Assembly: GCA_964016885.1 (NCBI GenBank)
Contig: OZ024742.1
Location: 89,838,001 to 89,902,000, forward strand
Direction: 5' to 3'
DNA: 64,000 bases
Source: Eledone cirrhosa
Lineage: Eukaryota
The notes beneath the pieces were generated by a model that saw only the letters and a program-made list of their open reading frames with translations, did no database searches and had not been told where the DNA came from. Positions 26,414 to 42,269 of this stretch are shown piece after piece. The position numbers were made by a program, and so were the translations under genes. Positions within the stretch are counted from its first letter, which is position 1. Each line of letters opens with the position of its first letter.

Positions 26414-27637
26414 TTATAGGAGCTCAGCATGTATGCCATCCATACCTGGAGATCTTCCACTGTTCAGCTTCGAAATAGCCACTGCAACCTCCACAAGCGT
26501 CAGAGGTTCTGCGAGAGCTACTTTCACAGGACTTTCTGGAATGAGATTGAGGAAATCTTCACTGACGACAGACGGCTGATTCAAAAGATCATCAAAGTGC
26601 TCTCGCCACCTTCGTAGAATTCCTTGTGAGTCACGAAGAAGTTCTTTGCCATCCTTGCTGCGAAGCGGTGTCACCAGAGAAGAAGACGGTCCATAAACCT
26701 CACGCAAGAGACTGTACAACAGCTTTATGTTATTGGAATCTGACGCAGTTTGTATCTCACCAGCCTTCTCACTCCACCACTGATCCTTCATCTGAGAAAG
26801 ACTCCGCCTAACACATGATTTTATATCCCTAAGTTCCTCATGCAACGTATTCCTCTCCTGTGGTTTTGCCGTCAAGTAGCGTGACAGAGCACGCCTCTTA
26901 TCAGCCAACAATTCTTCTATATGTACATCATTCTCATTAAACCAGTCCTGATGTTTTCTCTGCACCAATCCCAGAACACGCCTGCCTACATCATAAACCG
27001 ACTTTTTAAGGGTCGGCCAATCCTCACCAAGATCTGCAGCCTGCATCTCTTCTTCCAATGTCCTCTTCACATTTTTATCCTTAAGACGAACAGCATTCAA
27101 TCTTTTGGGCAGGGCAACACCAGGAGCCCGGATTTTACGTTTAGTGATTAGTTTCACTTTTGCGCGTACCAGGCGGTGGTCAGTCCAGTACTCAGCTCTA
27201 CGAAGAGCACGAACACACTGCACATCCTGTCTGTCACGCATCCTGACTAGGACGTAGTCCAAAAGATGCCATTCCTTAGATGCAGGATGCATCCATGTGG
27301 TCTTGAATTTGTTCTTTTGTTGGAACATGGTGTTGGTAACACACAGATCCAGCTCCTCACACATCTGCAGCAGGAGCATACCATTGTTGTTACACTTTCC
27401 CACCCCATGCCTTCCGATTACATTCCATGTGTTAAAATCCCTACCCACTCTAGCATTAAAGTCACCAAGCACGATGACTTTGTCTGCCTGAGGGATATTT
27501 CTTAAAACACATTTCAAGGCATGGTAAAAGGACACTTTTTCTTCATCGACAGAATTCATAGTTGGAGCGTACACACTCACCAGGGTAGCATATCTTCCTT
27601 TGTCCAGCGGAACTCTCATGGACATAAAGACGCTCAC
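26414..27637 (-). pseudogene. RTE APE endonuclease/linker ORF segment
   Basis: APE motifs and SPGMDGIHAELL; the N-terminal part continues with frameshifts to about 27930. Confidence 0.9.
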
Positions 27638-28617
27638 TAATCCCTACTGGGAATTCTTCTAATTTATTCACAAGTACAGTCTTAACAGCAAATCCTACCC
27701 CAGCTTCTCTTCTGGTTCCTTCATCTCTTCCTTTCCAGAAGAATGTATATTCTCCACAAAATTCTGTAAGATGACCATCCCCAGCTAACCTCGGCTCAGA
27801 TAAAGCCGCGATGTCAAGATCGTAACGTCGAAGCTACTTTGCAACAAGAGCAGTCCTTCGTTAAGGACGCTCCAAGGAATCCCTGTCAAGCAGCGTCCGT
27901 ACGTTCCAGCAGCCAAGACTAAATGCCTTGTTTGGCTCTATTACAATGGCATGATGACGAGCGGGCCCAGGATGTGATAACCTGGAGCCCCTGCCCTTAT
28001 TGCCAATTATCTCTTTTATATTGTTCTGGAACATCATTGAATTGGAAAAAAAAAAAATGTAATAATAATAGTAATAATAATAATAATAATAATAGTACAC
28101 TATTAATAGTTATTAATGCACTCGTGCAATGCCTGTGCGTGACGAATATTTTTAAAGTGAGGAAAGACTGTGCACTGAGCCAATCCCACTCTCTGAGCGA
28201 GAGTAGCTATAACCCGAAAAGAAGAAAAGAACAACATCATCGGTAACTACTGAGCCGCAGGTTTTATGTCGGAGTTAACCCAGTTTCCTGAGATGCCTTC
28301 TCCTAGAAGAATGCCCTGACAAGGGCATTCTCCTAGAAGAATGCTCTGACAAGGGCTAGTGGTTCTTCACTGCCAGTGGTTTAACTGCGCGATCGGGCAT
28401 CCAGCCCGATTATTTCTGTCCCCGCACAAAAAAATAGAAAAAAATAAAAATCACTTATTGACACTTATACGTACGACATACACACACGCGCATACATATG
28501 CGCGCACACACACGCATACATACGCGCGCACACAGCAACACTCATACATACAAACAAACACACACACGCTACTCACTTACACACACACACACATATATAT
28601 ATACATACATACATACA

Positions 28618-29128
28618 TGGTGGCTGCCAACTCGTTTTCGAGTACGGCCACTACTTTATATCCATGTAGGAGAACCCCTACTGATGCGCTGAACGAGTGT
28701 GGCTTTTTAGTCCAGCCAGCGACTTGAAAACTGGTACAAACACTACACTTGTGACAATTATTGACAGTGCTGGGCCCATGGTATCATGTGCCGACAAGTG
28801 CAGAGAGATCTCCAGATATAAAGCAATGCCTGTGCCGTGAAGCTTTTATAGTGAGCAAAGGCACTGCACAAAGCCAGTCCCACTCTCTTAACCAAGATGA
28901 TATTTACCAAAAAGAAGAACAAGTCAACATCATTGGATACCATCAGGGTTGCAGGTGTTATATCAGAGTTTTCCTTCTCCTAGAATTCTGCCTTGACAAA
29001 GGCTAAGGGGTCATCTCTCCCGGTGATTTTGGAAGACCATTGACTCTTAAGAGCTCCTTTGCCCTTTGACGGGTTTTGTTTTTAGTCCTGCAGGATGTCC
29101 AAAGTCACCCTCCTCATCAAGAAACCTT
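28618..29128 (-). mobile_element. RTE-derived non-autonomous element
   Basis: Fourth copy of the family, bounded by (CATA)n. Confidence 0.75.
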
Positions 29129-29775
29129 GTATACATACATACATACATACATACATACATACATACATACATACATACATACATACATACATACATACTC
29201 ACTTATATGGACATATATTTTATATAAATATACATTCAACCATGTTATTTTATTATTGTCTATTTTGAGACTGACCAAATACCAAAATGTATGATCACCT
29301 TGCTAGCCTAACGCCGCCAAATATTTATGCGTGGCATTTTTGAAGTATGAGCTGATAAACCAGGCAGTGCTTAACTGTCAACAAAACAGTTAACCAATTA
29401 GAGAATATTGAGAAGTGAACTAGAAAAAGATAGGATTAATAGCAACCACAAAGAGTAAGCACAAGAAAGACAACTTGGTAATTCCATATGTTAGCTTATC
29501 TGTGAAGTAACAACACATAAACCCGCCAACCGATATTACGGATAAGAACTTACATCAGTAACGTTTATGAAAGGAAAGAACTGTCTGATGAAATCGTGTC
29601 TGAATATATATATATATATATTTAAAAAAATAGAGGTGTAACACACGAGTTGTGATATATTAGAAAAAGGAAAAGAAAATGCTGAAAAATTGTTCCCAGT
29701 GAAAAATAGTTTAATTAGGAATAAGTATAAAATAGTTTAATTAGTAATAAGTATATTCAGTTTTAGTTTTAAGTT

Positions 29776-29810
29776 TTTACCGGTTGCGCATTTCTAATGC
29801 TTTTCAAAAA
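29776..29810 (-). ncRNA. Variant hammerhead motif (UUGAAAA core; GAAA mutated to GCAA)
   Basis: Minus strand: ttt-TTGAAAA-gcat tagaa atgc-GCAAC-cg-GTA-aaa, at the 3' end of a PLE. Confidence 0.55.
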
Positions 29811-30123
29811 TAATTTTGAGATAGAGCTCTCGTAATGTTTTCTCTAATCTGATCAGTTTTGGAAATTCTTCCTGTTTTATGTGAAAAAAGTGGCTCCAGA
29901 GGTATTAAGATTTGGTTGGTTGCTGAATGTCACGTGAATGAGTACTATAAATATCGAGCCAATTCGTGTTGCAAAAATTCTTGTAGACAAAACAATTTTG
30001 ATTGGTCGGTAGAGAACACGGGAATGTTAAAAATTGATTTTGCGCCAAATGTAGGTTTGTCGAAAAGTGTTCTTTTTCGCCTGATTGAGAAGTCACTGAA
30101 AAATAAGTTTATTAAGATAAATA

Positions 30124-30218
<95 letters not shown>

Positions 30219-30879
30219 AGTGTGGTTCGTAGAAGAGGAAATAAATTCGGTCAGTAGGAATGTGTGTGTACGTGTGTGGGGATATTTTAACATGTTGAAA
30301 GATATTTTTCAGTTCTTGTCTTATACGGAGAAGTGTGTGTGTGTGTGTATGTCTGTGTGTATGTTAGAGTACGCGTGTGTATGTGTGTGTATGTGTGTGT
30401 GTATGTGTGTGTGTGTGTGGATGGACCAGTATTTTTGTGATACTGGTAAAAATGGTGTACATTATTCGATATTTTCAGTAATTTGCAAAAAACGTTTCTT
30501 TCAAAAGAACATCAAAAACATTAATAATAAAAGGGGGGAAATGATGTATAGTATTGTCATAACACCAAGGTGTGTGTGAGTGTCCAGTTTGTGCGTACTG
30601 CAAGGGGAATCCATTAGGCCCTGCCGTATGGGAAAACTTGTGTACAAACATGTATGTGCCCATCAGTGTGCAATGCATGTGTGCGTAAATGTATGTTTGT
30701 GTGTCGGCACGTTTATATCTATAAACATCAAAAGGTATGCAAATTTGTGTATATTTGTGTTGCACCATAGAACATGTGTGTTTACGTATGTCATTGTGTT
30801 TATATGTGGATAGAAATGTATGTAGGATGTATGCTGATGTAGGTATGTATGTTGACGTGTGTATGTTCGTCTTAGGGAG

Positions 30880-32520
30880 AAGTGTTTAGACGGGGTCGGT
30901 ATTTGTTAATAAAGTGAGATTCCTTGCTGATGCGCTGGGTGTGGGTGGCATTATCTTTAAATTTGTAGAGGGGAAAGATTCTAAAGTTGGGATGATTTTA
31001 GGCGGCACAGGTATCAATGTGTTCACTTAATGGTATTTTTCTGTATTCCCGTATTTTAATTTGGGATCTATGGACAGTCATGCGTTGGCGGAGGCTGTTT
31101 TTGGTCTGGCCTATGTATTGTTCTCAACAACCTGAGCAAGTTAATACATACATTAGATTTTCTGATGCGCATGTGAAATTGTGTTTTACTATAAAATGTT
31201 GTCCTTCTTTGAAATAGAATTCCGAACACTGTATTAGGTTGATGCGTATGCCACAGTTGGGTCTATCACATTTTCTTACTGTGGGTTTCGTTGTTGTAGC
31301 TGGCAGTACTTTGGCATGTGTTAGGATGTTTTTCATTGACTTAGATTGTCTTTTGCTCTTTATGATATCGTGTGTTCGAAGGATTTGGTTCAATCTATGG
31401 TCCTTTGTTAACACAGGGATGTTCTGGAGGATGGTGTCAAAGGCCTCAATGTTGAGGGGTTGTGTGTGGAGATGTATGGAACAACCAGCTTTTAGTTTCA
31501 GTCGATTTACTTTAGGGTGTCTAAGGTTCTGGGTACTGAGTTTTAGGGCACGTTGGATTCCATTGTCAATTAGTGATGCAGGGTAATCCCTACCTATGAG
31601 TGTGTCCTTTAATTCTTGTAGCCGTAAGTAATAGGTGTTTTTATTGGAGACTATAGTAGAGATTCTCTTGGCTAAGTTGTAGGGAATATTAATTTTAACG
31701 AGTCTAGGGTGGCAAGAGTTGAAAGGAAGATATTGCTTGGAGTCTGTGGGCTTGTAGTATAAGTCTATTTCTATATTTTGTTATGAATCTTAATGAGGAT
31801 GTCGAGGAAGGGCAGTTGTTGATGGCTGTATTCCATCGTAAAGTTAATATTCGTGTTGAGCCCATTTATAAGGGTGTGAAATTCTTTAAGTTTCTCGAAG
31901 TTTTCGTGCGACAGGATGAAGCAGTCATCTAGGTATCGCTTCCAGTTCTTTTCTATGTGTAAGTAGAGAGTGTTTCCAAATTTGTTTAGTACTTTAGTGT
32001 AGTGGGTGATTTCCAACTATCCCATGACTAGGTTGGCATAAGTGGGGGCTGTTTTCGTTCCCATGGCGGTCCCAGATTCCTGCCTGTAGGATTTGTTATT
32101 GAAAACGAAGTAATTGTTATCCAAGATAAATTTGAGTCCTTCTATCACGAATTCTTTTTTGATGCGTTGTTGGAGTTCGTTGTGGTAATTATCCTGCCAG
32201 AATTGGAAAGCTTATATTCCTAGGGTGTGGGGGATGTTGGAGTGTAGGTTGTCTACATCGAACGTCACTAGTAGGGTTTGTTCAGAAAGGGGCATAATAG
32301 GGAGGTGATTGAGCATATCTAGGTCGTCCCTTATATCGCTTTTGATGTGTTTGAGAAAAGGTTTGAGAAGGGCATCAATGAAGTTTCTAAGGCGGTGGGT
32401 TTCGCAAGCGGGGCCTGCTATTATAGGTCTTAATTTGAGATCATTGGGTGAGGGGACATTGATGAGTATGTCTGTGGCTTCCTTGCATGCCTTACTTATT
32501 AATATATGTATTAACTTGCT
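30880..32520 (-). mobile_element. Neptune-like Penelope element (RT plus GIY-YIG), disrupted; 3' non-coding region extends to about 29650
   Basis: RPIIAGP, TFDVDNL, GTAMGTKTAPTYANL, WKRYLDDCF, LPFLDI, YYKPTD..SCHP, FTCASENLMYVLTC..YIGQT. Confidence 0.9.
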
Positions 32521-32934
32521 CAGGTTGTCGAGAAAAATACATAGGCCAGACTAAAAACAGCCGAATATATTATCTACGTATAGAACAGTTTATACAAATT
32601 AATTAAAATAATAAATCAAGGTATACAAACCGACCATAACTATTAACACCCAGGCAAGTTCAGAATAAAGCTATGTTGGGCAATTAAGTGAAGACATATA
32701 GATCAGGTATTGCTCGTCGTGGATGTCTGTGAAAAATATGCTCATCACAACTAAATAATAATTAGAAGACTAAAAACGCACGTGTGGTAAAAGAGGAAAG
32801 ACACACGCGACCATCGTTCAACGCGGCGCAAATAAAGATTGTTCGACTACTAAAAATAGCACCCAGAACCATTCAACATATTACAGCTCTACTAATTAAC
32901 AGGAGCCGAATATATTAAATTAAAATGTTAAAAA

Positions 32935-33767
32935 CTCGCATGAAGACGAACATCCCTTTTAATCTAGCAAGAAGAATTTGGACAATTGTCTCCAATTATG
33001 AAACGCGAAATAAAAGACTTCAAGAATTAAAGGAAATTCTACTCGAAAGACTACCCACCATTACTAATAAATAATGGAATAGAAAGTGCTCAAGCAATAA
33101 GCATTGATGAATTACGAAAACAAAAACAAATTCAAGGTACGTCCAATATTCTATCATATATCTCAACACACGACCCAAGAAATGCGGAATTTACAACATT
33201 TTTCGCAAGAACATCCCACTATTGAAACAAGACCCAAGAATGAAAAAAGCCCTTGAAACACACAAAATAATCAAAAGCAAAAGACAACCGAAATCAATAA
33301 AAACATTACTCACAAGATGCCAAATTACCCACCACTAACCTACAACCAACTGTCACAAAATGTGGGCACTCTAATTGTGGAACCTGCACTCACCTCATTG
33401 AAGGCAACACGTATACATTTCAATCAGGACAAAATTTTTCTGTAAAAAATCACTTCACTTGCCCATCAAAAAATCTGCTTTATGCCATTAAATGAATGGC
33501 ATAAACGAAGGATGCTATGAAGATTATATAGGACACACTAAACTCACTCTAAGAAACAGAATCATAGTTCATCGCCAACAATTACGAGATCCAAGCACGA
33601 GACAGATACCACTAAGTGCACATCTAGACATATGCGCAAGTAATAAGACACCCACATTCCAAGTCTTCCCATTTTACCTTTGCGCTGACAATACAACAGA
33701 ACAAATACGAATATATAAGGGAAATATGTTTATTCAAAAATATAGACCAGCATTAAATATAGTTTAA
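32935..33767 (+). mobile_element. Neptune-like Penelope element 3' part (GIY-YIG); 3' non-coding region extends to about 34770
   Basis: NIPFNLARRI, KIIKSKRQPKSIK, KCGHSNCGTC, HFTCPSKNLLYAI, YIGHT..RIIVHRQQ, FIQKYRPALN. Confidence 0.85.
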
Positions 33768-34656
33768 TATACATTATGTCAACACCATAACATACTAACC
33801 ATCCAAACAGACACATACATACACACACACATAACACCTTCTACTTTAGAAAATAAAAACCAGAACTAAATAAACCTTAACATACGTTAATACTCTAACA
33901 CCTTAACATGCTAACCACACGATTCACAAACACACACAAAATATATATTCTCCCACACACACACATAACACCCATACACACACATATACCCCCCCTCACA
34001 CACACACATAATACCCATACACACCCAAACAACTCCCTCCCCTATTTCTACTAATAGAATCATCTTCCCACACACACAAACACACACAAGCACACAAATA
34101 AACATACATATCTCTACTTTCTTTATTTCAATAGAAAGTCTGAATTCTGACACCCCAGCGAACCAGCCATATTTACTGAACCAGAACAATTCTCCCAATT
34201 CCATTTCTCTTGAACATTATCTTCTGTTTGTCTTAAAATTCTCTAAAATCTACAAAATAAATTCCAAAATACGGGCGTGAAATTTAATGAACTTGTTCAC
34301 GTGACAGTCATAAGTTCATTTATAACCAATCAAATTACATTAATAAAAAAAAAGCCTTCGTGAGCCACCTTTTTTAAAGTAAAAAAAAATTCAAACAAAC
34401 TGGCGCGAAAGCTGATGACTGCATCAACCAACCAAACTTCACTCATATATGAAAAGACAAGCTGAGCTGTCCTCGTCCTTGGTTTGAAGAACTAAGTAAG
34501 GCGAACTGGCGCGAAATTTATTATACTTAATCACCAACCAATCAAATTACTACTCTAAAAACCTGGCGTTTCAAGCCACTTTTTCCATATAAAACAAGTA
34601 ACATTCAAAAACCAACCAGATGTGAGAAAAACCACAGACCCTCCATCTCAACTCTA

Positions 34657-34692
34657 CTTTTGAAAAGCAGAGGAACTGCGAAACCGGTAAAG
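34657..34692 (+). ncRNA. Variant hammerhead ribozyme with U3-A8 core (UUGAAAA)
   Basis: ctt-TTGAAAA-gcag aggaa ctgc-GAAAC-cg-GTA-aag, at the expected position near the PLE 3' end. Confidence 0.7.
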
Positions 34693-34762
34693 GAACCAAA
34701 TAAATATATATATATTTTTTTTAAATAAGACTCCAGTTGCATTTCCGATTTCATCACTATTC

Positions 34763-34809
<47 letters not shown>

Positions 34810-34813
<4 letters not shown>

Positions 34814-35410
34814 AGTCCATAGAATCATTAGATAAAATATATACAGTATTTCTTCTCCCAATCACCATAAATCAACCACATAAAAAATCATTTAAACGAG
34901 GCTATAAGTTTAAAATGTACTTATGAAGAAACAATAGATAAATGATATAGCTTCTTATCCGCAGTTGTAGCTACAAATAATTTACCTAGTATTTCTAATT
35001 GCCTGTAAAAATTGACTAGACATATAGGTAACCATACATAATTAGGTACAAAATCAAAGTTAGAAGAAAAAATGTACATAAACCTTAACAAAATCATAAA
35101 AATATCTCTAACCGCTGTGGTGTCATTCCATTTTTGGATATATCCGATCTTGGATAAATCAACGACATTTGAAAATCATCAGGAGATAACTCAATTGGAC
35201 AAAGATTTTTCTTACATGATCCCCGCCAGAAACGAATTCAAAATGGCTAAGAATTATGACGTGGCTAGTGGTCAAGGCAGAAAGTTTGTGATTGATGCCT
35301 GTCGGCGAGTAGGATGGTTGCCAGAAAGCGCAGCTGAATACTGCCTAAAGTGTTAGTTAACCTTACGGGAGTATATAAAATTTAAAGGGTATTTACATAT
35401 AAACTAGACA
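34810..35410. repeat. Unclassified non-coding interspersed repeat between (TA)n tracts
   Basis: Reverse-complement homolog at 52660-53240 (e.g. ttagataaaatatatacagtatt; ccccgccagaaa). Confidence 0.7.
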
Positions 35411-35549
35411 AACTATATATATATATATAAAGAGGAATAAAAGAGGAAAGACACACGCGGCCATCGCCCAAGGCGGCGCAAATAGAGATCGTTTGACTAC
35501 TAAAAGTAGCACCAGAACTATTCAACATAATACTGCTCTACTTTAATAG

Positions 35550-37995
<2,446 letters not shown>

Positions 37996-38271
37996 ATATA
38001 TATATATATATATATATAACTTTGTATATTGTTATTTAGTAGAGCTGTATTATGTTGAATGGTTTAGGGTGCTATTTTTAGAAGTCGAACGATCTCTATT
38101 TGCGCCGCGTTGGCCATGACCTCGTGTGTCTTTCCTCTTTTATCACACGTGCGTTTTTAGTCTTCTAATTATTATTTAGTTGTGATGAGAATATTTTTCA
38201 GAGACATCCACCAACGAACAATACCTGATCTATATGTCTTCATAATAATTGTTTCTACTTTAGGCATCTCC

Positions 38272-38339
<68 letters not shown>

Positions 38340-38419
38340 CAAGGGATTGTGGTAAGGAACCAGATGGACCATAACGCACCAGAGTACTCAATACTTAGGG
38401 TAGTAGAGTGGGAAATAGG

Positions 38420-38525
38420 AAAAAGTATGACCCCGACGGCAGAACTCAAGACGTTTCGACGGCTATTTCTGGACTCCAGCAATAGCCGTCGAAACGGCTT
38501 GAGCTCTGCTGTCGGTGTCATACTT

Positions 38526-38529
<4 letters not shown>
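38420..38529. repeat. About 110-bp imperfect palindrome abutting (TA)n
   Basis: gaaaaagtatgaccccgacggcagaactcaagacgtttcgacggctatt / aatagccgtcgaaacggcttgagctctgctgtcggtgtcatactttttc. Confidence 0.85.
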
Positions 38530-38575
<46 letters not shown>

Positions 38576-38578
<3 letters not shown>

Positions 38579-39652
38579 TTAAAACAATGAAATAAAAAAT
38601 CATGTTATTATAGATATACATCACTGCTTTACGAGCGTTTCTAGATGGTCATAATACATTGTATCTATACTTATACACAGTTATTGATCTATGTAAGTTT
38701 ACAAACTATCAGATAGAGAGAATATTTACTTACATGCATATCACCAGCTGTTTTCAAAAGCAATAATAATTTTATTCAATAATAATTTTACTCAGAATTA
38801 GTATTATGTCCATATTTGGAGGTAGTTAAAGAACTAACGAATCAAATTGTTTTTTTCATATGGTGTTAAGACGAAAAGTAATACACTTTAGTTGAGGTCA
38901 TGACCCTTTGAAAGAAGTGGTTGAAAGGTGTTAGTAGAGATGGCATAAAAATCTATTAGAAAGGAAGTGGATTGTCAAACTGATAGTTGAATGTATCTTG
39001 TATAGTGAATTTAAAAGGAATGTCAAAATAATTGGTGATTAGTGTTGAATTGAGTTTTAAGGTGAATATAAATATATTTTGACATTCCTTTTAAATTCAC
39101 TATACAAGATACATTCAACTGTCAGTTTGACAATCCCCTTCCTTCCTAATAGATTTTTATGCCATTTCTACTAACACCTTTCAACCATTCCTTTCAAAGT
39201 GTCATGAACGCAACTAAAGTGTATTACTTTTCATCTTAACACCATATGAAAAAAACAATTTGATTCGTTAGTTCTTCAACTACCTCCAAATATGGACATG
39301 ATACTAATTGTGAGTAAAATTAATATTGAATAAAATTATTATGCTTTTGAAAACAGCTGGTGATATGCATGTAAGTAAATATTCTCTCTATCTGATAGTT
39401 TGTAAACTTACATAGATCAATAACTGAGTATAGATACAATGTATTATCACCATCTAGAAACGATCGTAAAGCAGTGAAGTATATCTCTAATGAGTTCATT
39501 TTTTATTTCATTGTTTTAACTTATATCATGACTCTGTTTTCCTTTTAATGTGTTATTGTTTTCTGCGATTTATCTTAACCTACAACATTTTCAACACATG
39601 GATTACATTGAGTTCTTCATACATAATAGACCCCAGAACTTACAGTAGATAC

Positions 39653-39660
<8 letters not shown>
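38576..39660. mobile_element. Non-coding palindromic element (arms about 450 bp, spacer about 45 bp) between (TA)n tracts
   Basis: 38576-39030 is the reverse complement of 39075-39522; a miniature copy lies at 48576-48757. Confidence 0.85.
39342..39473 (+). ncRNA. Candidate UUGAAAA hammerhead with a long stem II insertion (mirror copy 38625-38762, minus strand)
   Basis: tgctt-TTGAAAA-c agctggtgatatgcat...atgtattatcaccatct a-GAAAC-gatc-GTA-aagca; the closing pair of stem II is a C-A mismatch. Confidence 0.5.
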
Positions 39661-39734
<74 letters not shown>

Positions 39735-39782
39735 ATGAAATGACATGAGGCTGGATTTGTGTAAATCCTTGAAAGGTTTATT

Positions 39783-39840
39783 ATACTATGATAATTTCAA
39801 TGACCGGGTTCCGTATGAATCCGGTGATATCATCAGGTAT
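39783..39840 (-). ncRNA. Hammerhead ribozyme motif (retrozyme terminal repeat)
   Basis: Reverse complement of the 44603 motif, with one stem III mismatch. Confidence 0.7.
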
Positions 39841-41885
39841 TCGAAATATAAAACGTGAATGTAATAGATGAAATCCATGGGGCTCAAAATCGAGGACCTG
39901 AGGGCGATCGCTATCCTGTACCTTCTACCTTGGCCGGTCGCCCTCGAATGACGTTGCTAAAGCTTACAGTGTGCTACTACCGGTCAGATAAAGGAAAACA
40001 GAAAGGGATGGGAACATAAGTTAGCGTTAATCTCATGCCACAAGACAAAAGAAAGAAAGAAAGGAGGGAGATAGAAGAAGGGGGAAGGAAGAAGAAGAGA
40101 AGCCAGGGTTAATGTCAGCTATAAGAAGAAAGACAGAAAGAAGAGTAGGAAAGGTCGGTATTACAGTTAGGCCAGAATTGTCGCGAAGAAATTGTTTTTT
40201 TATTCTACGGGACGCGTATCTAAACAACTACTAGCGGTCAGATATAGGCAAACAAAAAGGGGGAAGGAAGATAAGTCTGTGGGAGGAAGACAGAAAGAGG
40301 GGAGAAGAGAATGAAGAGAATGAAGAAGTAGAAAAGTAAGGGTTGGTGGCTACAAGAAGGAAGATAGAAAGCAAGAGGAAGAAAGGTCGATATTAATGTC
40401 AGACTACAGTCAGGCCAGGAGTGGCGCGAGAAAATTTTTACAGGGACCCGTATCTTAGCAGAGGTGAATATATTGGGGGTCAGTGTGTTATAATGTGTGA
40501 GCAGAATATTGGAACGTTACGGTTTTGTTTAGACTTATAGGATGAAGTTAAAAATTAATAATTAATATTTAATATTAAAGAAATTAGAAAATTTAAAGTT
40601 AAGCAGTTTAACATTTTAAGGTTGATATATCTAATAGTTCTGATTTGATCTGTAATTTAAAGGTACTATGTGGCGGTTAAAACACCGGCCGCGCTCCGGG
40701 CCCCCGGGGCGAATTAAACCACTCCGAGTAGTTTCATTTACCGAAAGAAGGGGAAATTTATTTTCCCAAGCACTCAAGGTAGGCCCATGCACCAGGGGGC
40801 TGGTCGCGCCGCCATTCAAACCCACCCAACAGTCCGACAGAAAGTTGGAACTTTAAAATATTGTTTAAATTTATAGGATGAAGTTGAAAAGATTTATAAT
40901 TAATATTTAATATTAAAGAAATTAGAAAATTTAAAGTTAAACAGTTTAACATGTTAAGGTTGATATATCTAATAGTTCTGATTTGATCTGTAATTTATAG
41001 GTACTATGTGGCGGTTAAAACACCGGCCGCGCTCCGTGCCCCGGGGGCGAATTAAGCCACTCCGAGTAGTTTCATTTACCGAAAGAAGGGGAAATTTATA
41101 TTTCCAAGCACTCCAGGTAGGCCCATGCGCCAGGGGGCTGGTTGCGCCGCCATCAAAACCCGCCCAGCAGTCCGACTGAAAGTTGGAACTCTAAAATCTT
41201 GCTTAAATTTATAGGATGAAGTTGAAAGAATTTAGAATAAGATTATAAAATTAAAGAGTAAGAAGATTGAGTATTGAACAAACAGAAAATTGAAAATTAA
41301 ACATTTAAAAAAACTTCTATGAGGTTTTGGGTTGCGGGGTTTAATTAAAGAGAGTCTTTTATGAAAAAACGCTAATTGTATTATGTAGATCTATAATTTA
41401 TCCTAGTGGGATGTAGAGTACGGGATATAGTCGTGTAATATTTATTTTTGTTCTCAGGGGGAGACATTCTAGTGTCGTGTGCTAATGGGTACAAGTGAGC
41501 AAAAGTCCCAATAGGAGGAGTAGAAATACATGGATACATAGAAGTGGAATACGTGGAAGAGCACATTGATAAAGCAAAGGTATAAATATATAAACATATC
41601 AATATATAGATATAAATATGTAAATAAAGCAATAAGAGTGGTGTTGGAGTAAGATGGAGAAATCAAGACATAGGAGAAGTACAATATAGTTCAGGTTGCA
41701 GTATTTACCACTTGACAGAGCTGGTCTATTCCGTATTGTCAATCGTAATGTAATAATATAGAGAGTACTCAACGTAAAGCAATTCAACCGTCTTTGTTTT
41801 TGTAGTTGGTGGTGCTATTACGGAGTTAAATATTATAATGAAATGACAGGAGGCTGGATTTGTGTAAATCCTTCAAAGGTTTATT

Positions 41886-41943
41886 ATACTATGATCCTTT
41901 CAATGACCGGATTCCGTATGAATCCGGTGATATCATCAGGTAT
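41886..41943 (-). ncRNA. Hammerhead ribozyme motif (retrozyme terminal repeat)
   Basis: Minus strand: atac-CTGATGA-tatcaccggattc atacg gaatccggtcatt-GAAA-ggatca-TA-gtat. Confidence 0.7.
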
Positions 41944-42269
41944 TGGAAATATAATACGTGAATGTAATAGATAAAATCCATGGGCTGAAAATCGAGGACC
42001 CGAGGGCGATCGCTATCCTGTACCTTCTACCTTAGCCGGTCGCCCTCGAGTGAAGTGGCCAAAGCTTACAGTGTGCTACTACCAGTCAGATAAAGGAAAA
42101 CAGAAAGGGATGGGAACATAACATGACCGGTAGTAGCACACTGTAAGCTTTGGCCACGTCACTCGAGGGCGACCGGCTAAGGTAGAAGGTACATGATAGC
42201 GATCGGCCTCGGGTCCTCGATTTTCAGCCCCATGGATTTCATCTATTACATTCACGTATTATATTTCGA

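Larger units (their letters stand above)
24515..28420 (-). mobile_element. Near full-length RTE (BovB-like) LINE: 5'UTR, APE endonuclease, RT and C-terminal C2H2 fingers; several disruptions
   Basis: GCWNVRTLLD, VSVYAPT, LGDFNARVG, LLDYVLV, TDHRLV (APE); NYRGISLLS, QSGFR, DLTKAFD, GVKQG, YADD, YLGS (RT). Confidence 0.95.
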
